The translations under genes were made by a program, and so were the position numbers. The notes under the pieces are model-generated. The model was not told the origin of the DNA. It saw nothing but the letters and a program-made list of their open reading frames with translations, and did not search any database. A stretch of 64,000 nt of DNA from Octopus sinensis (lineage: Eukaryota), in assembly GCF_006345805.1 (NCBI RefSeq), contig NC_043021.1:22072001-22136000 (forward strand), given 5' to 3'. Below, piece after piece: positions 39,295 through 52,599 of this stretch; the stretch's first letter is position 1; each line of letters starts with the position of its first letter.

Positions 39295-39778
39295 CAAAAA
39301 GAAGTGCCAAATTCTAATTGTGGAAGGTACTTATGGAAGGGGTAGACCCAGGAAAACCTGAGACCAAGTGGTGAGAAAGGATCTTCAGACGCTGGGCCTC
39401 ACTGAAGAAAAAATGACAAGGGACCAGCAGATGTGGCAATTTGCTGTACTTGATGAAATGTGTCAAGCTGAGTAAAATCACTGTCTTCTACTCAGATAGG
39501 CTTGACCTTTCAGGTGTCACATAAAAAGCACCTGTGCTGGGACTGTGTTAACGTACCTGTGCCAGTACTGCACCAACACACCCATGACGGCGACAAATAA
39601 AGGCACCCAGCACACTCTGTTATGTGGTTGGCATTAGGAAGGGCATCTAGTCATAGAAACCATGCCTCAACAGACATCTGGAGTCTGGACGGCACCCTGT
39701 TAACCAGCTCCGTGTCAAACCATCCAACCCATGCCAGTATGGAAAGTGGATGCTAAACAACGATGGTGATGATGATAT
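39295..39778 (+). pseudogene. RTE LINE 3' end: ORF2 C-terminus plus 3'UTR and (GAT)n tail
   Basis: KCQILIVEGTYGRGRPRKT*DQVVRKDLQTLGLTEEKMTRDQQMWQFAVL..*, then ggtgtcacataaaaagcacc...taggaagggcatc...ccaacccatgc. Confidence 0.85.
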
Positions 39779-39858
39779 AGATGTGTGTGTGTGAAATTAT
39801 GATAAACACAAGTTCATATCATTTGTCCCTACGTACGTTTCAACATTGTGTGTGTTTG

Positions 39859-39998
39859 GAATTCTGCATTGGATGTCCAAGTGCAACTGAATGCTTAACT
39901 ACATTAGTTCCCTGAAGCATAATGCAACGGAGTATTCCCCTGATGAGCTGTTGCGGTTCAGCATTCCAACTGCACTTGGAACATCCATTGCAGAATTC
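39859..39998. repeat. Imperfect inverted repeat, ~40-bp arms
   Basis: gaattctgcattggatgtccaagtgcaactgaatgcttaac versus gttcagcattccaactgcacttggaacatccattgcagaattc. Confidence 0.8.
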
Positions 39999-40393
39999 TC
40001 TACAACCACGATGGTGAAACATACGTAGGAACAAAAAATGTAGACTTGTAAGAGTGTTGTGGTTCACTTGAAGCATTGTAATATCGAAGAAGGGAGAAAA
40101 AAGAGAGGAAAAGAGGAAAGCTTCTGACAGTGCTGAAAGGGTCACAAAACCTTTATATTTCTAGCACAAGGGGCCATCCTCAAATCATGAGGGAAAGATC
40201 CATTTATAAAGGTTCCATTAACCTATTCAAATCCGCCAGAGTTTACCATTCTGTATCATAATTAGTGATACTAATGAGTTAATTAATTGTTTAACCATTA
40301 TACCTGAAGTAGACAGAGTGATGGTAATCTACTTAGAGGTAAGCAGTAGCAGTCATACATCTAATCGTACACATGAGATGCATTACATATAAA

Positions 40394-40796
40394 CAGGAGT
40401 GGCTGTGTGGTAAGTAGCTTGCTTACCAACCACATGGTTCCGGGTTCAGTCCCACTGCATGGCATCTTGGGCAAGTGTCTTCTGCTATAGCCTTGGGCCG
40501 ACCAAAGCCTTGTGAGTGGATTTGGTAGACGGAAACTGAAAGAAGCCTGTCGTATATATGTATATATATATGTATGTGTGTGTATGCTTGTATGTCTGTG
40601 TTTGTCCCCCTAGCATTGCTTGACAACCGATGCTGGTGTGTTTACGTCCCCGTCACTTAGCGGTTCGGCAAAAGAGACCGATAGAATAAGTACTGGGCTT
40701 ACAAAAAATAAGTCCTGGGGTCAATTTGTTCGACTAAAGGTGGTGCTCCAGCATGGCTGCAGTCAAATGACTGAAACAAGTAAAAGAGTAAAGAGT
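40394..40796 (+). mobile_element. SINE A, full length
   Basis: Complete structure. Confidence 0.9.
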
Positions 40797-42630
40797 ACCT
40801 GTTCCTGTTATACTGGCTTGCTTGTCATAAGTCAAACTCTCACAGTAACTAAAACCCTTCCTGAATCTAGGGATCTTAGTTTTGTGATTTGGTGACCCTA
40901 CTAGTGCTAGCAGCACGAAAAGCACCATGTGGGCTCTGTAAAGTAGTTGGCATTAGGACAGGTAACCAGCCATAGAAACCATGCCACAGCAGAAGCCTGG
41001 AACACGAGGAAATCCCTCTCACATGTTGGTTCCTGTCATGTAGCCCAGCCTATGGAAGTGTGGAATTCAGATGATGATGATGAGGAGGAGGAGGATGGAG
41101 ATGATGATGATTATATATAAAACCTTATAAGAAAATTTGATATTTAAAAAAAAAAAAAACAACTGGATCAAAAATATTAAAAAATATTAAGCATAAATAC
41201 AGAGATAATTCCTCACTGACCCCTTTGTAAGTCAATTTACTTTTCCTTTTGCAAGAATTGAACTCACAATGAACTTTTTGTTTATTCATTTATTTATGTT
41301 TATGTTTTACTTAAACATACATAAACAAAAAAAAAGGAATATAAAAGTCAAGTATGTGAATATTAAAAAAAAACAATATTAAAGAATTGATGAGATGAAT
41401 GTTATACACCCAGATGGGACACTAAACCCTCGCAAAATAACTTCCCCTGCCATACATCACATCAATGGAAGAATTGAAACCCAGGCTAATTGTTTCTTTT
41501 CACTTAATTTTTCATTTTGTTTTCTGATTTTGTGTGTGTGTATTTTCTAGTCTAGCAACAAATAAAATAATTACAAAGATTACAAAACAAAATTTTTAAA
41601 ATGCCAATAAAAAGAGCGAAAATATAGAAATTGAGTTTAATACTAAAACAACAACATCAATAACAAGAATGTTAATCACATGGAAAGATAAAAACGACAC
41701 CGATCTATATAGGACAAAATAAGTAGCTTTCTCTACCACCACTGCCTCTATCGCCACTACCAGCAACACTAGCATCATTACCACCACCACAGACAATGCC
41801 ACTGCCACAACCACCACCATCACTATGATAAACAATGCCTTTACCATTATTACCATCACCGCGACTACCACCAGAAGCCAGAAAAATTTAAGAGAAAAAA
41901 AACAAGAAAAGCTCTGGAAAATTCTAAGATGGTGTTAGACTAAATTGCCAGTTAATCCCTTCTTTTCACTAATTTATCTCTGCTTTCCTCAAGCACCAAA
42001 GTCTATGAAACATATTAACTAAATCTCTGCCACCCCTTCTAAGAATGGTAGAAGATGATACAGTGATCTTCAATGGAGAAGCTCGAATTTGTTAATATTG
42101 TTTTGTTGTTATGCTTCTTTATTTTTCTTCACACACTAGAAGCCAAAAAGATAGGAATGCAAGTGTTTTGCTGGTTATTGGTTACAGATATATCAGCCCT
42201 AATAATTATTTCATTTTGTTCCATATTTTATTGATTTCTATACACTAAATGGTTTACATTATTCCCTTTTGATGTTGGGAGATGTAGATTATTGTTTTAT
42301 GCCTGTATACACAACTACACACACACACACACACACACACATATGCATACACTAACATACACTACATTCTCACCAAAAACAAAAGATCAGAGTTATTATC
42401 TAAGTGTTGTCATGATAAGAAGTTCAAACCTCAACAGAACTATTGATTAAAGGAAAGTAAACATTCCTGCAAAAGAAAACAAAACAGAATTCTATAAACC
42501 ATCATTTTGTATTCAATACACACTGGAAACCAACAAGAAATCAAACCATTCTGCTAAACTCTGACTGAAGGAGGAATCAAATCTACCAACCAGCTATGTC
42601 TGAGAAATGTCCAAGAGAAATTATATGAAA

Positions 42631-43030
42631 TACTAGCAGTATCGCCCAGCGTTGCTCGGGTTTGTAAGGGAAATAACTATATAAGCATTTTTAGAGATGT
42701 AAAGTATAATAGCCATCTCAATATGGCTAACCACAAAGGGGGGGTGTTACTGTAGCTTTTTACGTTCTGAGATTTAATAATAAATTTTTAGAGAGTTACT
42801 TCCCTTATATATGCCAAAAATGCATTAAAAAATGGGAAAATTTGATGGTAAATTTTTTTTTAAATCGTAGACTCATCGTAGACGCGCGCTAATACCCAGA
42901 AGGGCTCAATATGAATCACGACTATAAGATACCCGCTTTTGGTTAAACTGCACCGCAAAATGTGGGAGTAGTTAGGAATCTAAATCGTAGGAGACAGACA
43001 GCACACAACCTCTCTTTTATGTATAAAGAT
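42631..43030 (+). mobile_element. Non-autonomous Helitron/Helentron-type element (Lep1/HINE-like)
   Basis: Starts tactagcag..cgcccagcgttgctcggg; ends gtaggagacagacagcacacaac..cttttatgtataaagat. Confidence 0.6.
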
Positions 43031-43150
43031 TTACTCTCAGGAAGGCAGCAAGTTGGAAGCATGAGAAGCAAAATGTTTAGTGGTATCTTGTCCGTCTTTA
43101 CATTTTGATTTCAAATTTCACAGAGATCAACTTAATCTTTCGTCATTTAT

Positions 43151-43474
43151 AAAGGGTAAAGACCACCTTCGGTCATGAGTGACCATGGGATTGCACTTAG
43201 AAAGTTATCCTCTGAGGCACAAGTCTTGGCATGTTGTTTATGGAAGACCAGCAGTCATCCATGCATACCAGCCTCCACTCTCCATGCCACCAATGTTATC
43301 CAAAAGAAAGGCAAAGGCTGATACAGCTTGGCACCAGTGACATCACAACTCATTTCTATAGCTGGAGCAATGTGGAATAAAGTGCCTTGCCCAAGAACAC
43401 AACACACCACAGCCTGGACCAGGAATCGAACTCACCACCTCATGATTATAGAGCCTGACCACTAAGCCATGTGC
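43151..43474 (-). mobile_element. SINE C variant (tail type C2)
   Basis: Reverse complement of 47333-47670. Confidence 0.8.
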
Positions 43475-44584
43475 TTTTGCTTTCACCATTTAGTGGGGTT
43501 GATAAAATAAGTACCTGCTGAACTCTGGGGTCAATGTAACCGACTTGAATCCTTCCCCCTAATTGCTGGCTCAGTGCCAAAGTATGAAACAAATATTTTC
43601 TGTAAGGTATTTTCACTTTTAATTTGTTCATAGTATTACCCTGTAGATATTCGCAATTTTGACTTTCATCTTTTCCGGGTCGATGAAATAAGTACCAGTT
43701 GTGCACTGGGGTTGATGTAATCAACTTAATCCCTTTGTCTGTCTTAGTTTGTCCCCTTTATGTTTAGCCCCTTGTGGGCAGTAAAGAAATAAGAAGATTG
43801 CTTCCCGACCTCATGGCTCTAGGTTCAGTCCCACTGTGTGGCACATTGGGCAAGAGTCATCTCCAATTGCCTTGGATCAACCAAAGCCCTGTAAGTAGAT
43901 TTCATAGATGGAAACTGAAAGAAGCCTGTCATATGTGTATGTGTCTTTTGCTGAACTGCTATGTTGCAGGGATGTAAGCAAACCAGCACCAGTTGTCAAG
44001 CAAAGATGGTTGGGGGAACAAACACAAAAGCAAAGACCACCCCCAAACACACACACACACAGATATAGATCAGGGGCTTCTTTCAGTTTCTATTGTCCAA
44101 ATCCACTCACAAGGTTTGGGTTGAACTAAGGCTATAGTAGAAGATACTTACCCAAGGTGCCACGCAGTGGGACTGAACCCAGAACCATGTGGCTGGTAAA
44201 CAAGCCTTTTATCATGCAGCCACACCTGTACCTATATATAAAATACGATGGGCTTCTTTTGATTTCCATCGAGTAAATCTATTCCCCAAAAAGCTTCACC
44301 TTTGCACTTTAGCTGAAGACACTTGCCCAAGGTGCCACACAGTGGGACTGAACCCAGACCCACGTGGCTGGGAAATGAATATCTTAACCACACACACAAA
44401 AGGTCTCTGCCCAGGTTCACCTTGACCAAGCTCCACTCACAAGGTTATTAATGAGCCTAAGGTTACCAGAGGGTACTCTTGCTAAAAGGATCCCACAGTA
44501 GTACCTGAAACCTAATATTTACAAAGATACTTGTATTTCAATCAAGCTTTCATATCCGGGTTGTATTTTTTTTTTTTTTTTACT

Positions 44585-44810
44585 TTTTTACTTGTGTCAG
44601 TCATTTGACTGCGGCCATGCTGGAGCACCGCCTTTAGTCGAGCAAATCGACCCCAGGACTTATTCTTTTGTAAGCCCAGTACTTATTCTATCGGTCTCTT
44701 TTGCCGAACTGCTAAGTGACGGGGACGTAAACACACCAGCATCGGTTGTCAAGCAATGCTAGGGGGACAAACACACACACATACATATATATATATACAT
44801 ATATACGACA
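44585..44810 (-). mobile_element. SINE A 3' half
   Basis: Tail through the internal microsatellite. Confidence 0.85.
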
Positions 44811-44819
44811 TATAATTAT

Positions 44820-45145
44820 ATCATCATTATCATCATCATCGTTTAACATCCGCTTTCCATGCTAGCATGGGTTGGACGGTTCAACTGGGGTCTGGGAAGC
44901 TCGAAGGCTGCACCAGGCCAGTCAGATCTGGCAGTGTTTCTACAGCTGGATGCCCTTCCTAACGCCAACCACTCCAAGAGTGTAGTGGGTGATTTTATGT
45001 GCCACCGACACAGGTGCCAGATGAGGCTGGCGAACGGCCACGCTCGGATGGTGTTTTTTACGTGCCACCGGCACGGAGGCCAGTCAATGCGGTACTGGCT
45101 TCGGCCACGTTCGGATGGTTTTCGTATGTGCCACCGGCACTGGTA
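44820..45145 (-). mobile_element. RTE 3'UTR copy
   Basis: (cat)n cgtttaacatccgctttccatgctagcatgggttggacgg...tttttacgtgccaccgg units. Confidence 0.85.
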
Positions 45146-45469
45146 CCACAAAACTACAAATTCCATTAATGTTCATCGAGTTTGCTTTTGATTTTGTCCA
45201 TTATATATTCATTATAATTCATTACTTTTCTTTTTAAAGAGAGAAAATTAACGAGACCAAAATTTCTGATAACCACTAAAAGAAAAGCAAATATTCCAAA
45301 ATGGAATTGAAAAGGCAAACAATATGAATGAAAGTGTTAAGGATATAGAAATATAAATTTCAACTTTGGATTGGAGACAGATCTACATGACAGATGAAAT
45401 TGGCTTATCCCTCATGGCAAGTATTCAAATGACTTGTGCTTTTTGTTAAAAAATAAATAAAAGAGAATA

Positions 45470-45486
45470 TATATATGTGTATACAT

Positions 45487-45526
<40 letters not shown>

Positions 45527-46040
45527 ACATATATATGAATATATATACATATATATATGTTTTATCTATATTCCTGAGAGCCAAACTAATACAATTGTTT
45601 GTTTGTACTCCACCTGCCTTCGTCTTTTGTTTATTTTCATAAAGTTTCCCATTATATATATATATTATATATATATATATAGATAGATAGATAGATATAT
45701 TTACATATACATATATATATACATATATATAATATATTATATACATATATAATATACTTATATATATGTGTATATATATATATATTATACCTACATATAT
45801 ATATATAATATACTTACATATATATATTATATATACATATATATATATAATATATATATTGTACATACACACATATTTATATCTATATAAGCATATATAA
45901 ATATATACATGTATATATATGAATATATTTATACCTGTATGTATGTATATATATATATATGTATACATAAGTATGTATATATATTCATACACACACACAC
46001 ACACATTTATATATACACACACACACACATTTATACATAT
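45470..46040. repeat. (CA)n/(TA)n field containing a PLE-like repeat fragment (45565-45655)
   Basis: ctaatacaattgtttgtttgtactccacctgccttcg resembles the reverse complement of 39131-39175. Confidence 0.75.
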
Positions 46041-46554
46041 ATATTCTGAATGTAACTGAAAACATTCTTCCCAAAATTGAAAATATAAATAATTTTATAG
46101 GAAATCCCACAATTACAACAACAACAACATCAACAAAACTATTTATGCTAATCACATAGAAATATAACCAACCTGACTTTGCCCCAAGAGAGAAATTTGA
46201 AGAAATGAAATCAGACAAATTATTTGTGTATTTTCTTGGAAAATGTAAACAGAATATACACCTTCACATTCTTAAGGAACATTCCCCCCTCTATACCCTC
46301 TGCACCACTTATACTACCTCCCCTGCAACCTGTAGGAAGGTACAGACGCATTTCCAACACCTTCTATTTCTCTTCTCTATTTTTCATTCCAACTCTGTCT
46401 ATGTTTCCTCACCTTGTTTTTGCCTCTGGGTCAGCGGAATATCTCGTTTATAGTAAGACATCTCTATCCCTCTATGATACTCTAGCCTCTCACCTGGCAC
46501 AACACCACTTCCCATGGTTCCACTCTCTCTCTCTCTGTCCCTGAGAGGCCTTCA

Positions 46555-46790
46555 TCTTGCAAGTTACTTGGTGAACCCACTTCAAGATAAAGGACCAGAC
46601 ACTTCAACAGCTTGTGTTTCAAGGGTCCATAGCACTTCAATATCCTCCCCAAAAGCCTGAGAGATGTCTTCAAAACAAAACTGGATCTTCTCCTCTCAAT
46701 AGTCCTGGATGGACCTATCCCCAGGCAAGAGACACAGTTGAGGGCAGCAATATCAAATTCCCTCATTCAACAAATGTCACCTTCAGAGAA
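46555..46790 (+). pseudogene. CR1-group LINE 3' remnant
   Basis: SLCFKGP*HFNILPKSLRDVFKTKLDLLLSIVLDGP.PRQETQLRAAISNSLIQQ. Confidence 0.7.
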
Positions 46791-46883
46791 GGTTTCAAGT
46801 AGTGAAAGTGAAGCAAAGTTAAGAGTGGTGCCCCAGCATGGCCACAGCTCTCAAGCTGACACTAGTAAAAGATAATATATATA

Positions 46884-47295
46884 CAGGCATAGGAGTGGCT
46901 GTGTGGTAAGTAGCTTGCTTACCAACCACATGGTTCCGGGTTCAGTCCCACTGTGTGGCACCTTGGGCAAGTGTCTTCTACTATAGCCTCGGGCTGACCA
47001 AAGCATTCTGAGTGGATTTGGTAGATGGAAACTGAAAGAAGCCCGTCATATACATGTATATGTATGTATGTGTGTGTGTGCTTGTGTGTCTGTGTTTGTC
47101 CCCCCAACATCGCTTGACAACTGATGCTAGTGTATTTACGTCCCTGTAACATAGTAATTCGGCAAAAGAGACTAATAAAATAAATACTAGGCTTACAAAG
47201 AATAAGTCCTGGGGTCGATTTGCTTGACTAAAGGCGGTGCTCCAGCATGGCTACAGTCAAACGATTGAAACAAGTAAAAGAGTAAGAGTAAAGAT
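46884..47295 (+). mobile_element. SINE A, full length
   Basis: Complete structure. Confidence 0.88.
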
Positions 47296-47332
47296 ATACA
47301 TATATATATTTATGTATGTATGTATGTATAGT

Positions 47333-47850
<518 letters not shown>

Positions 47851-48119
47851 TAGGCTTCTTTCAGTTTCTGTCAACTCACAAGGCTTTGACCAGCTCATGT
47901 TACGATAGAAGTTCTCTGATCAAGCTGTTGTGCTGTGGGTTTGAACCCAAAATGGTGTTGTTGTGAGAGGAACCCCTTCACCACACAACAGTGCTTGAGC
48001 ATGTAAGTCAGGAACAAATAAGACTGTAAGCTCCAAACCATCTTTGTCGCCAGACTTTTGATGAAACGTCAGCCTTGCTCAAATTAATTTTTAGACAAAT
48101 AATAAAAATATGGAGGTTT

Positions 48120-49300
48120 CTCATCCATCCATCTTCTCTGTCCACAATTCTGGGAGAATTGTGAGCGTGGATTCTTCAGGATTCTCTGCCATAGGGTACC
48201 GCCAGAAGCCGCTATCATTATATTTTTCTGTTGAGACTATGGATATTATTCAACTGTCTGATCTTTAGTTTACTCCAGCTAGTTGACCCAGTTTCAAAAA
48301 TTCATCCTGTGATCCTTTCCTGTGTCAGCATCCTCAGAGGCTAGAATCCTGAGGGGTTAGAATCCTCAGAAATATTCTCCACAGAGTCCTAAGAGAAGCA
48401 GCCATCATTAGACTTTCCTGTTTCTGGGAGGGTTACTGATGGCACTGGGGACTAGAATCCTCAGAGTCAGAATCCTCAGAGTCAGAATCCTCAGACCATA
48501 GGGTACCATCAGAAGCAACTATCATTATATTTCTGTTGAGACTACCTGATCCCTAGTTTACCCCAGCTAGTTGGCCCAGTTTCAAAAATCTATCTTGTGA
48601 TCCTGTCCCGTGTCATTCCAACCACATATCTATAGTCCCAGATCAATGGCCTCTTCATGTCAAGTAGAGTAGTAGCTTGATCTGGAGAGCTATGGACGTC
48701 CTTCATCACCTTATTTCACTCTATCCTAACCATCCATTTTCCTTGCCCACTATTTCTGGGAAGGTTGGTGGTGTTAGTAGGGACTAAAGTCCTCAGAGCC
48801 AGAATCCTCTGGCACGTTCTCCATAAGGTCCTATGAGAAGCAACCATCATTAGACTTTCCTGTTTCTGGAAGGGTTAATGATGGCAGTGGGAACCAGAAT
48901 CCTCAGAGTCAGCATCCTCAGGGGCTAGAATCCTCAGAGCCAGAATCCTCTGGCACGTTCTCCATAAGGTCCTATGAGAAGCAACCATCATTAGACTTTC
49001 CTGTTTCTGGAAGGGTTAATGATGGCAGTGGGGACTAGAATCCTCAGAGTCAGCATCCTCAGGGGCTAGAATCCTCAGGGGTTAGAATGCTCGGGCATAT
49101 TCTCCATAGAGTCCTAAGAGAAGTAACCATCATTAGACATCCCTGGTGGATACGGATGCATGACCAACAGAGACTGTGGCTATTTATCCAACTGCTTCAC
49201 TTTTGCTCTCACCCGAGCTGTCTAACCAGTTGGTTCAGCTTGAAGAATATATCTTGTGATTCTCTTCCGCAGCAATCTAATCACATGGCATCACCAAATC
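48120..49300. repeat. Modular tandem repeat: 141-bp units with 15/16-bp subrepeats plus a related ~170-bp module
   Basis: ttctccat/ac..gtccta.gagaagc..ccatcattagac at 48375, 48817, 48958, 49100; agaatcctcagagtc subrepeats. Confidence 0.85.
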
Positions 49301-49776
49301 AGAAAAATTTTTCATGATTAATCTCATGTTTTGAAATTGCAGCATCATTTAACAAAGAGTTTCTTTTATTAAATTATGGTGGAAGGCTTTAATTTATTAT
49401 ATATGAACACTTTAAAACCAGCCTGGTTTACACGAGGTCATTATAAAATCAGTTTTGCAAATTTAAATATAGTTCAATACATGATAATAGCTCGATATGT
49501 GATAGAATTAAATTGCAAAAGAACATTTAGAAGTCTGATACATCTATTTGATCATTGTCTGTCAAAAGATTTATGGTAATCATTTATTATATTCTTCTGT
49601 ATTTTTTGTGTTTTGAACAACTTCGATGCTGTTTTATGGAGACGTATCAAAGATTGTGTATAAAAGATGATTTGTAGGCTGTGATTTAACTAATGTCTTT
49701 TAGGGTAAAACTAGTGATGGATTATCTATGGGACTGACAGGCTAAACTACTACAAGGCCTGATCCTTGTTGCTATG

Positions 49777-50420
49777 CAGTGGCTTGTGTGGCTCAGTGGC
49801 TTGTGCGGGTCAGTGGCCTGTGTGGCTCAGTGGCTTGTGTGGGTCAGTGGCTTGCACAGCTCAGTGGCTTGTGTGGCTCAGTGGCTTGTGCGGGTCAGTG
49901 GCTTGTGCAGCTCAGTGGCTTGTGTGGCTCAGTGGCTTGCATGACTCAGTGGCTTGTGTGGCTCAGTGGCTTGTGTAGTTCAGTGGCTTGCATGACTCAG
50001 TGGCTTGTGTGGCTCAGTGGCTTGTGTGGCTCAATGGCGTGTGCGGCTCAGTGGCTTGCATGACTCAGTGGTTTGTGTGGTTCAGTGGCTTGTGCAGCTC
50101 AGTGGCTTGCGTGGCTCTGTGGCTCAGTGGCTTCTGTGGCTCAGTGGCTTGTGCAGCTCATTGGTTTGTGCGGCTCATTGGCTTGTATGGATCAGTGGCT
50201 TGTGCGGATCAGTGGCTTGTGCAGCTCAGTGGCTTGTGCAGCTCAGTGGCTTGTGCAGCTCAGTGGCTTGTGCAGCTCAGTGGCTTGCACGGCTCAGTGG
50301 CTTGTGTGGCTTAGTGGCTTGTGTGACTCAGTGACTTATGTGACTCAGTGGCTTATGTAACTCAGTGGCTTGTATGGTTCAGTGGATTGCATGGCTCAGT
50401 GGCTAGTGTGACTCAATGGC
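49777..50420. repeat. 17-bp minisatellite, ~38 copies (ggctcagtggcttgtgt)
   Basis: Visible. Confidence 0.95.
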
Positions 50421-50718
50421 CCTGAGAGCCATACCAGCGGAGTGCAAGCTCCATGATGGGGCCTTCAATGTTGAACAGGACAAAGGATAGAGGACAGGTG
50501 AATATGAACTGCCAGAGGTAAGACTAAAGTCCTAGTAAATCGGGAAACAGACAAATCTCAAATCCCTTCAGTGAGATGGCTCTGATCTAAATATAGAAAA
50601 GGTGTTCGTAAGAACTGCATATGGTGTACATAGTGCAAATTATGGGTGCATAAGAGGTGCAGCAGTATCATGGGAAGGTTAACAGAAAAAAGTAGTCTCT
50701 GTGTGTGACAGATATACT

Positions 50719-50932
50719 GGCGACAAGCTGGCAGAAATGCTAGCACGCCGGTATTTCATCTGTCGTTACGTTGTGAGTTCAAATTCTGCCAAGGTCGACT
50801 TTGCCTTTCATCCTTTTGGGGTCGATTAAATAAGTACCAGTTACGCACTGGGGTCGATGTAATCGACTTAATACCTATGTCTGTTCTTGTTTGTCTCCTC
50901 TATGTTTAGCCCCTTGTGGGTAATAAAGAAAT
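50719..50932 (+). mobile_element. SINE D, full length
   Basis: Complete structure. Confidence 0.88.
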
Positions 50933-51311
50933 AGAGATGCAGGTACAATAAACACTAAGAATGTACAGAAAATGGATTTCCTCAAATGTTCAGGGAGACC
51001 CTTAGAAGTAGTAGGGACCGTCTGTTACCAAGGTGACCGAGTTAGCAGTAGAGGAGGACGCTGTGAAAGCACAGTTACTAGAATAGGAATAGAGTGGACA
51101 AAGTCCAGAGACCTTCTGCTTTGTTAGTAACAAGGGTACCATCACTCAGAGTGAAGGGTAGATTGTATGATGCCTATGAACAAATAGCTAGGCTACATGG
51201 TAATGAAATATGGGCTATGACTACAGGGGACATGCAAAAGCTTGAAAGAAAAATGAAGCCAGCATGCTCAGCTGGATGGGTAATGTCAGTGGGTATGTAC
51301 GACAGAGGATG

Positions 51312-51562
51312 TGGAGGCGCGTGGCTTAGCGGTTAGGGTGTCAGCATCATGATCGTAGGATTGTGGTTTCGATTCCTGGACCGGGCAACGCGTTGTGTTC
51401 TTGAGCAAAACACTTCATTTAACGTTGCTCCAGTTCACTCAGCTGGCAAAAATGAGTAACTCTGCGATGGACTGGCGTCCCATCCAGCTAGGAAACACAT
51501 ATGCCATAGAAACTGGGAAACCGGGCCCATGAGCCTGGCTAGGCTTTAAAAGGGCGCATTTA
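51312..51562 (+). mobile_element. SINE C, full length
   Basis: ggcgcgtggcttagcggttaggg...ggtttcgattcc...cttgagcaaaacacttcatttaacgttgctccag. Confidence 0.88.
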
Positions 51563-51565
51563 TTG

Positions 51566-51868
51566 TGGAGGCACATGGCCTAGTGGTTAGAGCAGCGGAC
51601 TCACGGTCAAGGGATCGCGGGTTCGAATCTCAGACTGAGCGATGTGTGTATTTATGAGCAAAACACCTAAGCTCCATGCAACTCCGGCGGAAGGTAATGG
51701 CGAACTTCTGCTGACTCTTTCGCCACAACTTTCTCTCACTCTTTCCTCCTGCATCTTGCAGCTCACCTGCAACGGACCAGTGTCCCGTCCAGGTGGTGAA
51801 CCTATATGCCTGGGAAACCGGAAAACCGGCCCTTATGAGCCAGGCATGGCTGGAGAAGGAACAAACAG
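51566..51868 (+). mobile_element. SINE B variant with C-like tail
   Basis: tggaggcacatggcctagtggttagagcagcggactcacggtc...gggttcgaatctc. Confidence 0.85.
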
Positions 51869-52438
51869 AGAGTAAATGATTTAAGAGGAAAAACTGTATA
51901 TAAGATGCATCAGATGTCGTGTGCATGAGAGAGGACTGTGCTGGTATGGCCATATGATGCATATGGATGAGAACAGTTGCAAAAAAAGGGCAGATTTCTC
52001 ATTGTGGAGGGAACCTGTGGAAGGGGTACACCCAAGAAGATGTGGTACAAAGTAGTGAGAAAGGATCTTCAGATGCTGGGTCTAAAAGAGATGACAAGGG
52101 ACCAAGAATTCTGGTAGTTTTTCTGTATCCTTAAATCCTTGAAAATTTTTTAGCCCGAAGGCCGTGGCCATGCTGGGGCACCACCACTGTATATGAGCAG
52201 ATACATCAAGCTAAGTATGGTATCAGCAATCTTTTCCAAAAATTAGATTATATGAGACATGGGTTATCATTGCATGAACCACACTACAGAAAAATTCAGG
52301 ATGGCTTTTTCAATTAGGCATGTCTTTCAGAAAGTTCCGTGGCCCACAGTTCATCTGTGACAGTTCAAGATAATCAAGAACTTTGAAAGGTTGTAGCAAA
52401 ATAACTAAAAACATTTTTTTTTTGTAATTCTTAAGTGA

Positions 52439-52478
<40 letters not shown>

Positions 52479-52599
52479 TTAGCAATAATTGCAATAATTT
52501 GAGTCTGGAAGATTCTAATTTGAGAAAACATAATTTTGAACGACGTTCTGCAAGTGAGCAGCATAAAAGGTTGATCTTCACCAAACTCATTACACATCT

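Larger units (their letters stand above)
50934..52115 (+). pseudogene. RTE LINE ORF2 remnant (RT thumb to C-terminus) interrupted by two SINEs
   Basis: LEVVGTVCYQGD..ITRIGIEW..SLRVKGRLYDA..LHGNEIWAMT.GDMQKLER (50934-51310); resumes at 51870 with ERGLCWYGHMMHMDENS..VEGTCGRGTPKKMWYKVVRKDLQMLGL. Confidence 0.88.

Noticed and set aside
39940-39965. CUGAUGA-GCUG/CAGC hairpin
   Set aside because: No GAAA after the stem and no stem I/III; not a hammerhead
41420-41500. Minus-strand LGFNSSIDVMYGRGSYFAR resembling the PARP YGxGxYFA motif
   Set aside because: Only 25 codons between stops, GFN-to-YG spacing too short, no upstream HGT and no splice sites; likely chance
36360-46240. Scattered minus-strand donor sites (near 36366, 40300, 46172) suggesting a minus-strand gene
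   Set aside because: Short open stretches with no recognisable domain or consistent phase; cannot be supported from sequence alone
48330-49080. Repeated CUGAGGA on the minus strand as hammerhead cores
   Set aside because: No pairing stem II leading into GAAA
49766-50360. Cys/Trp-rich repeat protein or CRISPR-like array
   Set aside because: 17-bp head-to-tail minisatellite without unique spacers; the 17-aa periodicity appears in every frame; eukaryotic context with no cas genes
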